Shown in pieces: positions 11,061-25,407 of a stretch of 248,000 bases of DNA. A program made the position numbers and the translations under genes. The stretch comes from Wallemia ichthyophaga EXF-994. Taxonomy: Eukaryota > Fungi > Basidiomycota. Location: the NCBI RefSeq assembly GCF_000400465.1, contig NW_008806277.1, forward strand, positions 20,001-268,000, in the 5' to 3' direction. The notes under the pieces were generated by a model that had not been told where the DNA came from, did not search any database, and was given only the letters and a program-made list of their open reading frames with translations. The first letter of the stretch is position 1, and every line of letters starts with the position of its first letter.

Positions 11061-12200
11061 CTAGCGAGTTAGTTCTGGCGAGTTCTGCCAAGCAGAGTTT
11101 TGCAAAGTGAGCAGTTTATGAGTTTCGAGGCATTCCGCAATGAGACCTGGATAATTATGTTCCATCTCCTCTCTTACCGAATAAGCCCTGTAAAGAATCT
11201 CCGCAGTCTGTTTATCCTGCAGGAGGACTCTCAAGGAACCTCGAACGAACGGAAAAAGTTTACAACATTTCTGCAAGTCGTTATTCAGCGCGTTGAATTT
11301 TAAAGCGACAATATCGATATGAAACCCATTTAAAGCGCGCATCTCATCCTTTTGCGTCCGTTTTGTGATATAGTATTTCAGCAGAGCACGTTTCTTACAT
11401 GTCCTGTTTACAGAGTCTGTAAACTTACCAAATGTACGTAATGTATGTGTGTATCAAATTTAGTGGTGTATCGGTGGTGATTGAGCCATTTACCAGTTCG
11501 TAATTCTTGAAAATTATCATGTTCGGTTTACGCATGTAGCAGCTGTCCAGCGCGTTGAGAATTGCAATGAAGTGCTCCTGCGTTATCAAATCGAATCCAG
11601 GCATATCGACCAATGATGGTCGATGGATGCGGAGTAATTTGATACGGAAGTATTTGTCGCATATCGCAATGGCTAGCATCGCGGCTTTGAGATGTGTCAT
11701 GTGGTCTATGTTTATCGTTAGCTCTGTCGCACCGTCTGACCTACCAATCAGGAGATGTGTATTTTCAGTCTCGATGAGCGCGTCGAGTGTGAGAGTGAAC
11801 TTTTGCAGTACAGGCATTTTGTTGATGCATGTGGATAGCTGTGGACATGCTAATAACCGTGTGGATTTATTGAAGTGTTCCAGATTCAACTCAAGTACTT
11901 CTATCGAGTAGAGGAAATCTGTTGGTTGGAGTACACAGTTTTGAAGGAATGTCAGGTAAGATATCAGCTCAGCTGGTTTCGTGTTGTTTGTTGGTTTCAG
12001 AGATTGTATAATCAGACTTTTGGGATGTTTGCGGGTGAGTTTGTAGCTATTCTTAAGAGACGGCAAACAGCTCAGTTGCACCATGTAAGCTAATAATCCT
12101 ACAAACGACATCATCTGGGAAGCTCCAGAATCCTGCCATAGGAGAATTAGGTAGAGAAGATGGGGAAAACGGGGAAGAAAAAGCACAAAGCGCTCACAAC
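11061..12200 (-). CDS. Lineage-specific hypothetical protein (introns); copy at 15697-16836
   Basis: 279-aa open frame plus downstream exon; no recognised domain. Confidence 0.5.
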
Positions 12201-12270
12201 AGACACAAAACACCCGCCCACGCCAATTATACAGCCACAAAGAATCTATGGATGCAACAAGCAACTAAAT

Positions 12271-12764
12271 TTAGTTGCGGCTCTTGAAGTAGTCCAAGAG
12301 GACGTTAAGACCCTCAGACTCAACACCAAAGTCGCGGACAACGACGCAAGAGGTACCGACGACCTTACGTGCGTTACCCTCTCTGTCGATCTTGCAGAGA
12401 CCAGCCCAGGTACCCAAAACCTTGGCGTCGGAGACCTTGATGAGGTTGATTTGGTGCTCTGCGCAGAGAGCTTCGATGAGCTTGATGTACTCAGCCTCAG
12501 TGCAGGTTTCGACGAGCACACAGAGGTGGGCAGCTCTACGGTCGAGAGCCTTAGCACACTCTCTCAAACCACGGGCGAGACCATCGTGGTAGAGGGCGTT
12601 CTTGAGAACTTGTTGGAGGGCTTCCTCGACAGACATCTTGCCTGCTGGAGCAGCCTCAGCGACTTCGACCTCTTCTTGAGGAACTTCGACTTGTTGTTCA
12701 CCGTTTTCAGACTGTAGAGAGTGAGCAGGGGTGTATTAAATCCACTGCACACCAAACACACCAT
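12271..12764 (-). CDS. RPS12: 40S ribosomal protein S12 (eS12), copy 1
   Basis: [27 protein letters not shown]; ATG-only first exon then intron. Confidence 0.95.
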
Positions 12765-13176
12765 TATAGATTCTTATGCTAAGTCAGTCAATCGTAAGAC
12801 GTCGTCCTTCGTTCTTAGCTGTTAGCTGGGTCGAAGAGAGAAGGCGGCGTTACAGATTTTATCCACCGAAAAATTTAAATTGTGTGCGAGTGTATGAGTT
12901 TGTAGAGAGTTTGTGGGGTTTGTGGATTTATGCTTACGTATACTTACATCCTCTACTCCTTCGGCGATGGAGTTGTGCGGGGTTTACGCTGTGTGCTGAT
13001 GTAGACGATTGCATGTACGTATATCATTCTGAAAGTAGGCTCTAACCACACTTTTTATTTAAATACACACTGCGAGCTTTTCAGACAATTTTACAGAAAA
13101 TTTCACTATTGTTTAACTAACAACAAACGGTATTATGTATTTAATGTAAAAACAGAAACCCGGTAAACAAAACAAT

Positions 13177-13548
13177 TTAGATGAGTGGGATTGGAGTACA
13201 GTTGATACCGAGGAGACCATCTGAAGATGCCTTCTCGCAGCAGACTGGGGTGTTCTTGCATACGTCTGTGGAGCGTGTTAGTTATATTTACGACGCACGT
13301 AGATTCCAAATACCTTGTAATGCTACTCCGATGAGAAGAGGTATTTGAGTACATTGGATAGCAACTTGGTCGAGAATATCGCCTGTGTGGAGAAGACCGT
13401 CTTCTTCACCAGTGCTTGATTGCTTGTCTTTTGTAGTATCACAACATGAAGTAAGTCCGGTATTACATGAGCCGACTGATGAGCCGCCTGATGGTCTGGC
13501 GAGGGCAGATGCGATGACGGCGGAGATGGCGAGGGTTTGAGCGATCAT
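13177..13548 (-). CDS. Class I hydrophobin, copy 1 (1 intron)
   Basis: Signal peptide; 8-Cys pattern C..CC..C..C..CC..C after splicing (..ALQDVCKNTPVCCEKASSDGLLGINCTPIPLI). Confidence 0.88.
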
Positions 13549-13955
13549 TGTTTAGAGAGCAAGATGAGTTGTGAGGATGCAACATGGGTAGAGCTAGGCT
13601 ATTTAACCATCTGAGAAGCGCACTAAAATGATTATTAGCGCTATCTTATTTTAGTGCACTTTTAGCGTGCATTATGAGCTCCGGAATGTGGTATTTGCAT
13701 TGAATATCATGTGAAATAAAAAGTGTATGTTTGCATGTGCGTACGTTTACACAAAAATATTTAGAAAAACACTCCTCCACACGGGCACACCTCTTGCGTA
13801 TAAGACGAGTAAAATTTTCAAAAGGCAACACAAAAACAAATCAATTATTAAACGAGGAAAGTGATGCAGCGTTGTTGTTAGTGAGAGTGCGAGACAACCA
13901 AGTCTCAACTGGTATCCTGTATGAAATCTGTAAAGTGACAAGTTGAACGACCCCA

Positions 13956-14178
13956 TTAGTCCTTGTAAATGAGCAAAGGTTCACCCGGTTCATGAACCTC
14001 TGGAATTGTACATTTCAAATCGAAAGCCTTTGAGAGAACAATTTTGAATATTTTCTGTACGTGAATGGAGTGCGAAGTGGAGCAGAAGATGAGAGGAGCG
14101 TGCATAGCCTTTGCGAATCTCTTTGCCTGTGTTGATGAGTGGGTAAGTGAATTGAAAGTGCAAATATCGCTCCTACCT
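13956..14178 (-). pseudogene. Orphan 3' fragment of TEM1/SPG1 created by the duplication
   Basis: Only the last intron and exon (..[19 protein letters not shown]..) are present. Confidence 0.8.
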
Positions 14179-14328
14179 AGCATTGCATTGAGGTGAAGCA
14201 ATCAATATGAAAACGTACAATGACTTGATTTTATGAATATTTGCGTACACCTTTTGCGTTTCAATTGTATATATTTTTAAGCTGCAAAGGAATTCTCAGT
14301 TCAAAATAACTCAACGGGAGTAGCTGAT

Positions 14329-14404
14329 ATCGAAAGGTTGCAGGTTCGAGCCCTGCGTCGGTCACCACGGCCGGCTGGCTCAATGGTAGAGTATTCGACT
14401 ACGG
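14329..14404 (+). tRNA. Second identical copy of permuted tRNA-Arg(ACG)
   Basis: Within tandem duplication copy 2. Confidence 0.75.
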
Positions 14405-16906
14405 CATTGAAATAATTTTTTTCTTATTCACTTTATAAGTGCGGCAGAATAACGACCGTTATCATCAATTGCGTTTCACTCAAGCCAAATTTTTAGCCCT
14501 ATCACTGACACTCACGTTTCAACATAAAAAGTGATACGAACATAAAACTTTCTTCTCAAATGATTTAAGGTTTTGAAGTACTTGTATTATTTGCACGACT
14601 CTCGTTGGTTGTTTTCTAGATTTACATTATTAAGTGAATCCGGTTAAATGGCATCTGCATTGTTTTCTGAGCCACTACTATCTAAGCATTTTCGTTATTC
14701 CAATATTTCATAGCGTTTGAAATGGTTGAGATTGAGACACTGTCTCTCAATCGAATACCCGTAGATTGTCTTTGGCAGCGTGAGGAAGAATTTAAAATGA
14801 CCTGAAGCATTGGCAGAGTTTTAATTCTATTTCTTTAGGCCTTTTTTACACTCTTCACGTCAGCTCGTCACCCTCGAATTAAACCCCTCTTCGGAAAGGT
14901 TTCTGGGTTTCAGCTAGTAAGATTAACAGAATACTTGGAAGCAAAGTGACTACAAGAATTGTTTACTAAGGGATTTTCCAATGTGTGCTATGTGGGCGTC
15001 TATTAACCGAGCGTAGCTCAACGATACAGCCTCAATCTTGCAGCAACATAGATTATCTCAGCAGGGAGCCTTGCGAAGGACTTCTTGTTGGATGTTTTGT
15101 CGTCTGTGGATTGCTTTGTCTTGGTGGTTGAGGTTAGATAGAGAGATGAAGTGAGGGATGGAGAGCAAACCTACCAGGAGTATCGCTCAAAGTGGACTTT
15201 GAACGGACTGCCAGATCTTAGTTGGAGTTCAGAAAGAGTTAAATGAGCGGAGATAAAGCTTACTGGGAGTAGCAAAGACCATTTACAGGGAAAGGGCTAA
15301 ACCCGCCATACTATGGTCCACAAGACGGCGAGCCGCGAGGAAATAAGTGTGGGCCACTACAGAACGCAGCGGTGTTAGAGTCGTTAATGTACTTTGACTC
15401 ACGTGACTCTTGCCTTGTCTGTTGTGTTTCACTAACCCGTTACCCTCGTTCCTAGTCTCGCGGCTAACAGCGTTGAAAGAGGGGTGATGAGCAAAACAAA
15501 GTACCATCTCAAAGCATACATATGAGAAAATTAGAAATCACGATATCAACGCCTATCGCATGTCTGCTGATGACTGTGAAAAAAGCGTGAAAATCAAATG
15601 CATCATACAAGTTGGATAAAGCTGGATATCATTAGGACGTCGTGCGTGTGAGTAGGTGGATATAATAAGAGGGGAAACACTGAGTTAAGCTGGCATCTAG
15701 CGAGTTAGTTCTGGCGAGTTCTGCCAAGCAGAGTTTTGCAAAGTGAGCAGTTTATGAGTTTCGAGGCATTCCGCAATGAGACCTGGATAATTATGTTCCA
15801 TCTCCTCTCTTACCGAATAAGCCCTGTAAAGAATCTCCGCAGTCTGTTTATCCTGCAGGAGGACTCTCAAGGAACCTCGAACGAACGGAAAAAGTTTACA
15901 ACATTTCTGCAAGTCGTTATTCAGCGCGTTGAATTTTAAAGCGACAATATCGATATGAAACCCATTTAAAGCGCGCATCTCATCCTTTTGCGTCCGTTTT
16001 GTGATATAGTATTTCAGCAGAGCACGTTTCTTACATGTCCTGTTTACAGAGTCTGTAAACTTACCAAATGTACGTAATGTATGTGTGTATCAAATTTAGT
16101 GGTGTATCGGTGGTGATTGAGCCATTTACCAGTTCGTAATTCTTGAAAATTATCATGTTCGGTTTACGCATGTAGCAGCTGTCCAGCGCGTTGAGAATTG
16201 CAATGAAGTGCTCCTGCGTTATCAAATCGAATCCAGGCATATCGACCAATGATGGTCGATGGATGCGGAGTAATTTGATACGGAAGTATTTGTCGCATAT
16301 CGCAATGGCTAGCATCGCGGCTTTGAGATGTGTCATGTGGTCTATGTTTATCGTTAGCTCTGTCGCACCGTCTGACCTACCAATCAGGAGATGTGTATTT
16401 TCAGTCTCGATGAGCGCGTCGAGTGTGAGAGTGAACTTTTGCAGTACAGGCATTTTGTTGATGCATGTGGATAGCTGTGGACATGCTAATAACCGTGTGG
16501 ATTTATTGAAGTGTTCCAGATTCAACTCAAGTACTTCTATCGAGTAGAGGAAATCTGTTGGTTGGAGTACACAGTTTTGAAGGAATGTCAGGTAAGATAT
16601 CAGCTCAGCTGGTTTCGTGTTGTTTGTTGGTTTCAGAGATTGTATAATCAGACTTTTGGGATGTTTGCGGGTGAGTTTGTAGCTATTCTTAAGAGACGGC
16701 AAACAGCTCAGTTGCACCATGTAAGCTAATAATCCTACAAACGACATCATCTGGGAAGCTCCAGAATCCTGCCATAGGAGAATTAGGTAGAGAAGATGGG
16801 GAAAACGGGGAAGAAAAAGCACAAAGCGCTCACAACAGACACAAAACACCCGCCCACGCCAATTATACAGCCACAAAGAATCTATGGATGCAACAAGCAA
16901 CTAAAT

Positions 16907-17400
16907 TTAGTTGCGGCTCTTGAAGTAGTCCAAGAGGACGTTAAGACCCTCAGACTCAACACCAAAGTCGCGGACAACGACGCAAGAGGTACCGACGACC
17001 TTACGTGCGTTACCCTCTCTGTCGATCTTGCAGAGACCAGCCCAGGTACCCAAAACCTTGGCGTCGGAGACCTTGATGAGGTTGATTTGGTGCTCTGCGC
17101 AGAGAGCTTCGATGAGCTTGATGTACTCAGCCTCAGTGCAGGTTTCGACGAGCACACAGAGGTGGGCAGCTCTACGGTCGAGAGCCTTAGCACACTCTCT
17201 CAAACCACGGGCGAGACCATCGTGGTAGAGGGCGTTCTTGAGAACTTGTTGGAGGGCTTCCTCGACAGACATCTTGCCTGCTGGAGCAGCCTCAGCGACT
17301 TCGACCTCTTCTTGAGGAACTTCGACTTGTTGTTCACCGTTTTCAGACTGTAGAGAGTGAGCAGGGGTGTATTAAATCCACTGCACACCAAACACACCAT
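16907..17400 (-). CDS. RPS12: 40S ribosomal protein S12, copy 2
   Basis: Identical duplicate. Confidence 0.9.
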
Positions 17401-17812
17401 TATAGATTCTTATGCTAAGTCAGTCAATCGTAAGACGTCGTCCTTCGTTCTTAGCTGTTAGCTGGGTCGAAGAGAGAAGGCGGCGTTACAGATTTTATCC
17501 ACCGAAAAATTTAAATTGTGTGCGAGTGTATGAGTTTGTAGAGAGTTTGTGGGGTTTGTGGATTTATGCTTACGTATACTTACATCCTCTACTCCTTCGG
17601 CGATGGAGTTGTGCGGGGTTTACGCTGTGTGCTGATGTAGACGATTGCATGTACGTATATCATTCTGAAAGTAGGCTCTAACCACACTTTTTATTTAAAT
17701 ACACACTGCGAGCTTTTCAGACAATTTTACAGAAAATTTCACTATTGTTTAACTAACAACAAACGGTATTATGTATTTAATGTAAAAACAGAAACCCGGT
17801 AAACAAAACAAT

Positions 17813-18184
17813 TTAGATGAGTGGGATTGGAGTACAGTTGATACCGAGGAGACCATCTGAAGATGCCTTCTCGCAGCAGACTGGGGTGTTCTTGCATACG
17901 TCTGTGGAGCGTGTTAGTTATATTTACGACGCACGTAGATTCCAAATACCTTGTAATGCTACTCCGATGAGAAGAGGTATTTGAGTACATTGGATAGCAA
18001 CTTGGTCGAGAATATCGCCTGTGTGGAGAAGACCGTCTTCTTCACCAGTGCTTGATTGCTTGTCTTTTGTAGTATCACAACATGAAGTAAGTCCGGTATT
18101 ACATGAGCCGACTGATGAGCCGCCTGATGGTCTGGCGAGGGCAGATGCGATGACGGCGGAGATGGCGAGGGTTTGAGCGATCAT
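17813..18184 (-). CDS. Class I hydrophobin, copy 2
   Basis: Identical duplicate. Confidence 0.85.
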
Positions 18185-18591
18185 TGTTTAGAGAGCAAGA
18201 TGAGTTGTGAGGATGCAACATGGGTAGAGCTAGGCTATTTAACCATCTGAGAAGCGCACTAAAATGATTATTAGCGCTATCTTATTTTAGTGCACTTTTA
18301 GCGTGCATTATGAGCTCCGGAATGTGGTATTTGCATTGAATATCATGTGAAATAAAAAGTGTATGTTTGCATGTGCGTACGTTTACACAAAAATATTTAG
18401 AAAAACACTCCTCCACACGGGCACACCTCTTGCGTATAAGACGAGTAAAATTTTCAAAAGGCAACACAAAAACAAATCAATTATTAAACGAGGAAAGTGA
18501 TGCAGCGTTGTTGTTAGTGAGAGTGCGAGACAACCAAGTCTCAACTGGTATCCTGTATGAAATCTGTAAAGTGACAAGTTGAACGACCCCA

Positions 18592-19398
18592 TTAGTCCTT
18601 GTAAATGAGCAAAGGTTCACCCGGTTCATGAACCTCTGGAATTGTACATTTCAAATCGAAAGCCTTTGAGAGAACAATTTTGAATATTTTCTGTACGTGA
18701 ATGGAGTGCGAAGTGGAGCAGAAGATGAGAGGAGCGTGCATAGCCTTTGCGAATCTCTTTGCCTGTGTTGATGAGTGGGTAAGTGAATTGAAAGTGCAAA
18801 TATCGCTCCTACCTGCTTGGTTATCTCCTCCTGATCTTCCTTAGGCAGACCAGCGAATACATCGAACTTGGTACCTACGAGGAAAGGGATTGCAGTTTTG
18901 TTAAACCCTCTAGCCTGTCTGTACCACTCTTTTATCGAATTAAGGGTGCTCTTCCTGGAAAGATCGAACATGAAGAGAATTGCAACTGCGTCATTGCAAA
19001 CGAGTGGGAGCATGTTGACGAATTCGCGTTGGCCTGTGCGACGAGAATGAGAATGACAATGAAAGTGATTTCAAAGGAAAGTTAATCCCCCAGATAAAGC
19101 CACAACGCACCACCTAGATCCCAAATGGAGAAAGTAATTTCAGTCTGGCGTATGGATATAGTCTTTTCCATAAAGTTTACGCCTGTAAGCGGGTGATTGA
19201 GTGATGCTCTTTCAATAGCCCAAGCTACACGCACCTAGCGTTTGTATGTAGTCTTCATCGAATGAACCTCTGTCGCGCGTAAGTGTAAGAAGCGTCTAAG
19301 AAACGCATCCACTGCACCCACTCCACATATTTAACCATCAAAGACGTCTTCCCAATGCTGCTGTCCCCCACCAACGCTGTTTTGAGATAAAGGGCCAT
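18592..19398 (-). CDS. TEM1: Septation/mitotic-exit GTPase Tem1/Spg1 (introns)
   Basis: [50 protein letters not shown]. Confidence 0.9.
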
Positions 19399-19548
19399 GA
19401 TCGCTGTGAGTAAGGTGGTTGAGGTGTTTGAGGTACTTGAGACAACTTAAATTAGCAAATGATGTTTCAATTTTTAAGCCTATTTTCAAGCTCATTTTCA
19501 AGTTCACTTCGAGACCGTTTAATTGATTAGAGTCATCTAACACACAAC

Positions 19549-20010
19549 ATGAGAGGATACGCGGATATCAATTTGCTGTTGGTGGGTTGAATGTTGCGAA
19601 TCAATCCCTCTCACATTCCATCTTCAGAGCATCGCTGTTGCCATTTTATCGCTTTTGATCATCTCTCCCTACGTTTTCACTTATGAGGCTACTAGGACAG
19701 CCAGCGTTGGGGAAAGAGAAGCAAGAGTTGCAGAACGTGAAAGCTCAGTGGCTGCGAGGGAAAGCAATCTCTACTGGAAGTCTATTCCGCCCCCTGACGT
19801 AACACAAGACGAGGAGGAGGAGTGCAATCATGATACGATTCTACTACGCGAGTTGGAGTTTACTAAGAGAGAAGCAGGATTGCATAAACGTGAAGCTAGC
19901 ATCGCGCGCAGAGAGGCGTGGTTAGTTGATAATTGGTGGGTGAAATTTGGAATATACGAGACATTGTGAGACTCACACACACAATCACACGCAGGCCACA
20001 CTAAACATAT
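19549..20010 (+). CDS. Hypothetical membrane/coiled-coil protein
   Basis: ORF with hydrophobic N-terminus and EREARVAERE repeats. Confidence 0.4.
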
Positions 20011-20100
20011 ATATGATAGTCATTATGAATGAATAAAAGATTAAATAAGATTTGCAGTTTGATTTGATCCATGGGGCAGGTCACCTACGTCACACACCTT

Positions 20101-21295
<1,195 letters not shown>

Positions 21296-21603
21296 GGTGG
21301 TGGTATGCGGATAAGGAGGGAATGGATCGATTGACAGATTTATAAATACACAAAGCCGAACGCGGGAATATAAAATTTAATAAAATAGCCGTGAATTTAA
21401 TCAAATTGCCTGATTTGGGTGAATTCGCCGTCTTTTCTGAGTCAATTTGAGTGTTTAACGGAGTTTCAAGGAATTTTAAGTGGGTTCAAGTGAATTTCAA
21501 GTGTTTAAGATTATTTAATAGTGTTTACTATTAATAATCAGTGACACTTAAAATTACTAGTGAAATTAGAAATACATAGTTACACCCCAACCACCATGCT
21601 CAA

Positions 21604-22680
21604 ATGAGATACCTTGAAATATCCAAGCACAGCTCTATATCCCCGAACGATCTCATAAATTCAATAAACAAGGCAAACCTAACGCCACCACTGCAAGTAC
21701 TCTACAACAATCACAATGACGTCTTCTACTTTGAATTTGCACACAGTATTGATGCTATTGAGGCGCTGAAATGGTGTGATAAGTGGGTTAGATTGGTTGG
21801 TGGCAGTAACGGTGATCAAGTACAGTCACAGGTACACTCAGAGCAATACCCACAGCCACACTCCCTCAACCAGCACTCATCCTCAGGTCCGCCTGTTGGT
21901 AGCATCCTAAATCCACTCATAGTAACTCACTCTGATCCGATCTCGCCCCCACTTTCCCCCAAATCACCCAAATCACCCAATTCCTCTTTGTCTACTTTTA
22001 ACGCTTCTCCACCGCAGAATTTGTTTGATGTATTAGCCTCGTTGCCTGGTGCAAATACAAACACTGTAAACACTGTAAACACAGCCAACACAACACAAAG
22101 CATACACACTCCACACCGCACACAAACACCAAACAACTCCCTCCCTCCCATCCTCAACACTGGCAGCCAGGGACCGATGCAGATGCAACCCGGCGACTGG
22201 GTGTGTTCGTGCGGCTTCGTTAATTGGAGGAGAAGGAAGTCGTGCTACCGGTGCTATCCATTTGCAAATGGTAATGAGAGTGGTAGCGGTAATAATGGGG
22301 AGCTGGCTAGGGCTGCTCAGAAGGCTGCTCAGTTGGCTGAGGAGGGTTTGAGCGAAAGTCAAGACAATCAAGACATTCACAACACCCAAGACACTCACAA
22401 TTCTACTCACAACGATTCTGCGTTTGCGTTCGACACACATCTTCTTAATGTCGGCTTGGGCCGTTTGGAGCTGAACCAGTTGGACCATCACCCACATCAC
22501 CCAGAACACCCCACCTTAGACTATCGCACTTTCTTGGCGTCCAGAAAGGCGTGGGACAGCGGTAATGATGGTGGTTTTAATGGCGGCGGCGGTGGTGGTA
22601 GCGTCGGAGTGGATCACAACGCGCACGACACCTTTGACCAACTTGGGGAAATCTTGCAGCGCGTGCAGTCAAGCCGTTGA
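21604..22680 (+). CDS. RanBP2-type zinc-finger RNA-binding protein
   Basis: GDWVCSCGFVNWRRRKSCYRC. Confidence 0.75.
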   Translation: MRYLEISKHSSISPNDLINSINKANLTPPLQVLYNNHNDVFYFEFAHSIDAIEALKWCDKWVRLVGGSNGDQVQSQVHSEQYPQPHSLNQHSSSGPPVGSILNPLIVTHSDPISPPLSPKSPKSPNSSLSTFNASPPQNLFDVLASLPGANTNTVNTVNTANTTQSIHTPHRTQTPNNSLPPILNTGSQGPMQMQPGDWVCSCGFVNWRRRKSCYRCYPFANGNESGSGNNGELARAAQKAAQLAEEGLSESQDNQDIHNTQDTHNSTHNDSAFAFDTHLLNVGLGRLELNQLDHHPHHPEHPTLDYRTFLASRKAWDSGNDGGFNGGGGGGSVGVDHNAHDTFDQLGEILQRVQSSR

Positions 22681-22904
22681 CTGGAGAGCGAATGTGGAAT
22701 GTGGATGGACACAGGAACACATAAGCGTGTGGATGGATATCAACACATGATTTTTCCGGTATTTTTCTTATCTTTTCTGATGACCACTTGCTTTCTTGGA
22801 TACCATTGAGTATGAGCACGAGTTTATCTATTTCTACTTTTATTTATACATTTCCAAACGCAATTCCGCATTCTTGTATAACAAATCAACTCATTCAAGT
22901 CATT

Positions 22905-24521
22905 CTAAAAAGTACCCAACTCCTCACTGACAATAAAGTCCGCCTCTGTGTTCCTTCTGACGTCGTCGAGGGTAGAATCTTCAGCGACATCAGTCAACAC
23001 CAATGTGCCACGCTCGTAGTCGACAGCAAACACCGCCAACTCGGTGATAATTTTCCATATGCATCGTGAGCCCGTGAGAGGGAGGCTGCATTGATTAAGC
23101 ACTTTACTGCGACCGTACTTATCGTTGTGTTCCATGAGCACCATGATGCGGGTATGTTTGGGGTTACTGACGAGATCCATAGCACCGCCCATACCTGTAG
23201 GTGGCTAGTCAGCGATAAAACGTCTCCGGCTAAGCACTAAGCGCTGCTTCAGGAACAACCTACCCTTCATCAGCTTGCCCGGTATCATATAGTTGGCGAG
23301 GTTGCCAGCGCAGTCGACCTGAAAAGCGCCCAGCATGCTCACGTCAATCCTTCCACTCCTGATCATGCCGAATGACTCATCACTCCCGAATGCCGCGGCA
23401 CCTTTACGCAGCGTCACTGTCTCCTTACTCGCGTTGATGGTGTCGGGGTCGACAGCGTCTGCGTGGGGATAGCCACCGATATTGAGCAGCCCGTTCTCTG
23501 CTTGAACAGTGACACCCGAGTGTGAAGGTATGTATTCGGGTACGCGGCCTGGTATCCCCACACCGAGGTTCACTACCTCCCCACTACCCACTTCGCGCGC
23601 TGCTCGACGCGCTATCCTGTCCTTGAGTGTGAGAGTGGGGACTTTCGTAGCCGCAGTCTCGCTCGCACCCCCGTCCTCACTCTTACCAGCCTCGCTCACG
23701 CGCAACACCTCAATCTCGGCAGAGGTCGTCGCAGGGCACACCCTATCCACATAGACACCGGGGACGTGTACGTGGTTAGGGTGAATGGCGCCAACATCTA
23801 CGATTTCCTCCGCTTCGACGATGGTGAGAGGGGCGGCCTTTGCCATGACGCTGTTAAAGTTGTTAGCCGAGCTATTAAAGACGAGGTTGCCAGCGTGATC
23901 AGCGATTCGAGCGCGTACGATGGCAACATCGGCGTGTAGGGCGTGTTCAAGGAGGTAGTTGCGACCGCCGAACGAGCGCGTCTCACGGGGAGGCTGGTGA
24001 GCAAGAGCGTTGCCTGCGTCGTCATACGCACTCACCAGCCCGCCCACCTCCACAGCCGTGCCTGCGCCAGTGGGAGTGTAGAATGCAGGCACGCCGCGCG
24101 CGGCTGCACTCACCCGCTCTGCTATGCTGCCTTGGGGCGTGAGCTCGACGGTGATCTGCCCGCGTCTGTACCCCTCTTCCAAGGTGCGGTTGTTGCCGAG
24201 ATAGCTGCAGATCAGTCTCGTCACTTTACCCGGCGTGCTGAGGAGCCGGGCCAGCCCCTTCTCCCCCACACCGGGATTGTTGGATATGGCGGTGAGGCTG
24301 TGCAGGTCTGTGCGGCGTTGTATAGCGTCGATCAACGTGCTTGGGATGCCACACAGCCCAAACCCCCCGCTGTACAGCCTCGTTCGCGATCGGAGGTCCG
24401 CGATCGCCGCACTGGCATCGCTGTACACCTTGCGTGGCTGCTGCGTGGTGTAAAGTCGCACGCTAGTTCGCACCCTTAAGCCCACGCGCACGCTAGTGTT
24501 GATAGCAGCTCGCGACGTCAT
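22905..24521 (-). CDS. Succinyl-CoA:3-ketoacid CoA transferase (SCOT)
   Basis: GGFGLCGIP, NLGVGIP, ENGLL, GGAMDLV. Confidence 0.9.
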
Positions 24522-24576
24522 CGATGATGGTGGTTGATAAGCAAGAGAAATAAAAATAAGATATAATACACTATCG

Positions 24577-25389
24577 CTAGCTTGCTCCGGCTGCCAGACT
24601 CGCCGACCAGCGCTTGCGCTGCCAGTTGAGCAGCACGGGGACGAGTTCAGCGATGCCGATATCCGGCCAGAACGCATCGACGACTTGCACGTGGGTGTTG
24701 TGGAGGGAAGCCTGGAACATGAGGAAGTCGCTGAAGCGGTTGACGGCAGAGGAGCGAACGAGGATGTCTAGTGGGGGAGAGTGGTGCGTCATGAGGTGGG
24801 CGTCGAAAGCGCGTCTGTCCCCGCCACTGTGGAGCATTGCGGTGGACATCTCGTCTCTGCTCGTGTACGGCATGCATATGTTGAGCGTAGCCCCGTCGTT
24901 GTGCTGCGTGCGCGTCTCGATCTCCACCAGCTTGGCGCGCACGTCGGCGCGCAGGAGGTGGGTCGCGCCCAGCACGGCTATACGTACATTATGCTGCTGC
25001 ACGATATCACCGTGCTGCGCGATCTCGGCGAGCTTTTCACTCGCGAGCCCCATCAAGTATTCCACCTCGTCATCCCCCCGGTTGAAATTCTCGATGGAGA
25101 AAGCGTATACGGAGACAGTGCGTACGTGGAGACGCAGGCAGAATTCAAGCACGCGCCGTAGCCCCAGGAAGCCACCCTCGTGGCCACTCTTTATCGCTAG
25201 GTTGTGCTGCCGGGCGAATCGCCGGTTGCCATCCATAATGAAACCTATGTGGGATGGTACACCGCCGAGCTTGAGCACAGAGATTAGCAGCTGGGATCGC
25301 CAGTCGCTGAATTGCTGCTTGGAGGTGTACGTGCTGAGCGTGGCGCGTGGAATCACGTCGGGCTGGAGTGCTGGATACGGGGATGACAT
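24577..25389 (-). CDS. RER2: cis-prenyltransferase
   Basis: HIGFIMDGNRR, YAFSIENFNR, DILVRSS. Confidence 0.9.
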   Translation of the reverse strand: MSSPYPALQPDVIPRATLSTYTSKQQFSDWRSQLLISVLKLGGVPSHIGFIMDGNRRFARQHNLAIKSGHEGGFLGLRRVLEFCLRLHVRTVSVYAFSIENFNRGDDEVEYLMGLASEKLAEIAQHGDIVQQHNVRIAVLGATHLLRADVRAKLVEIETRTQHNDGATLNICMPYTSRDEMSTAMLHSGGDRRAFDAHLMTHHSPPLDILVRSSAVNRFSDFLMFQASLHNTHVQVVDAFWPDIGIAELVPVLLNWQRKRWSASLAAGAS

Positions 25390-25407
25390 GGTTGATGGGC
25401 TGCAACC

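Larger units (their letters stand above)
9543..14178. repeat. Tandem duplication copy 1 (4636 bp)
   Basis: Sequence and all ORFs recur at offset +4636; junction tcctacct|agcattgc at 14178/14179. Confidence 0.95.
14179..18814. repeat. Tandem duplication copy 2 (4636 bp)
   Basis: Appears identical to 9543-14178; runs on into the intact TEM1/SPG1 gene. Confidence 0.95.
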
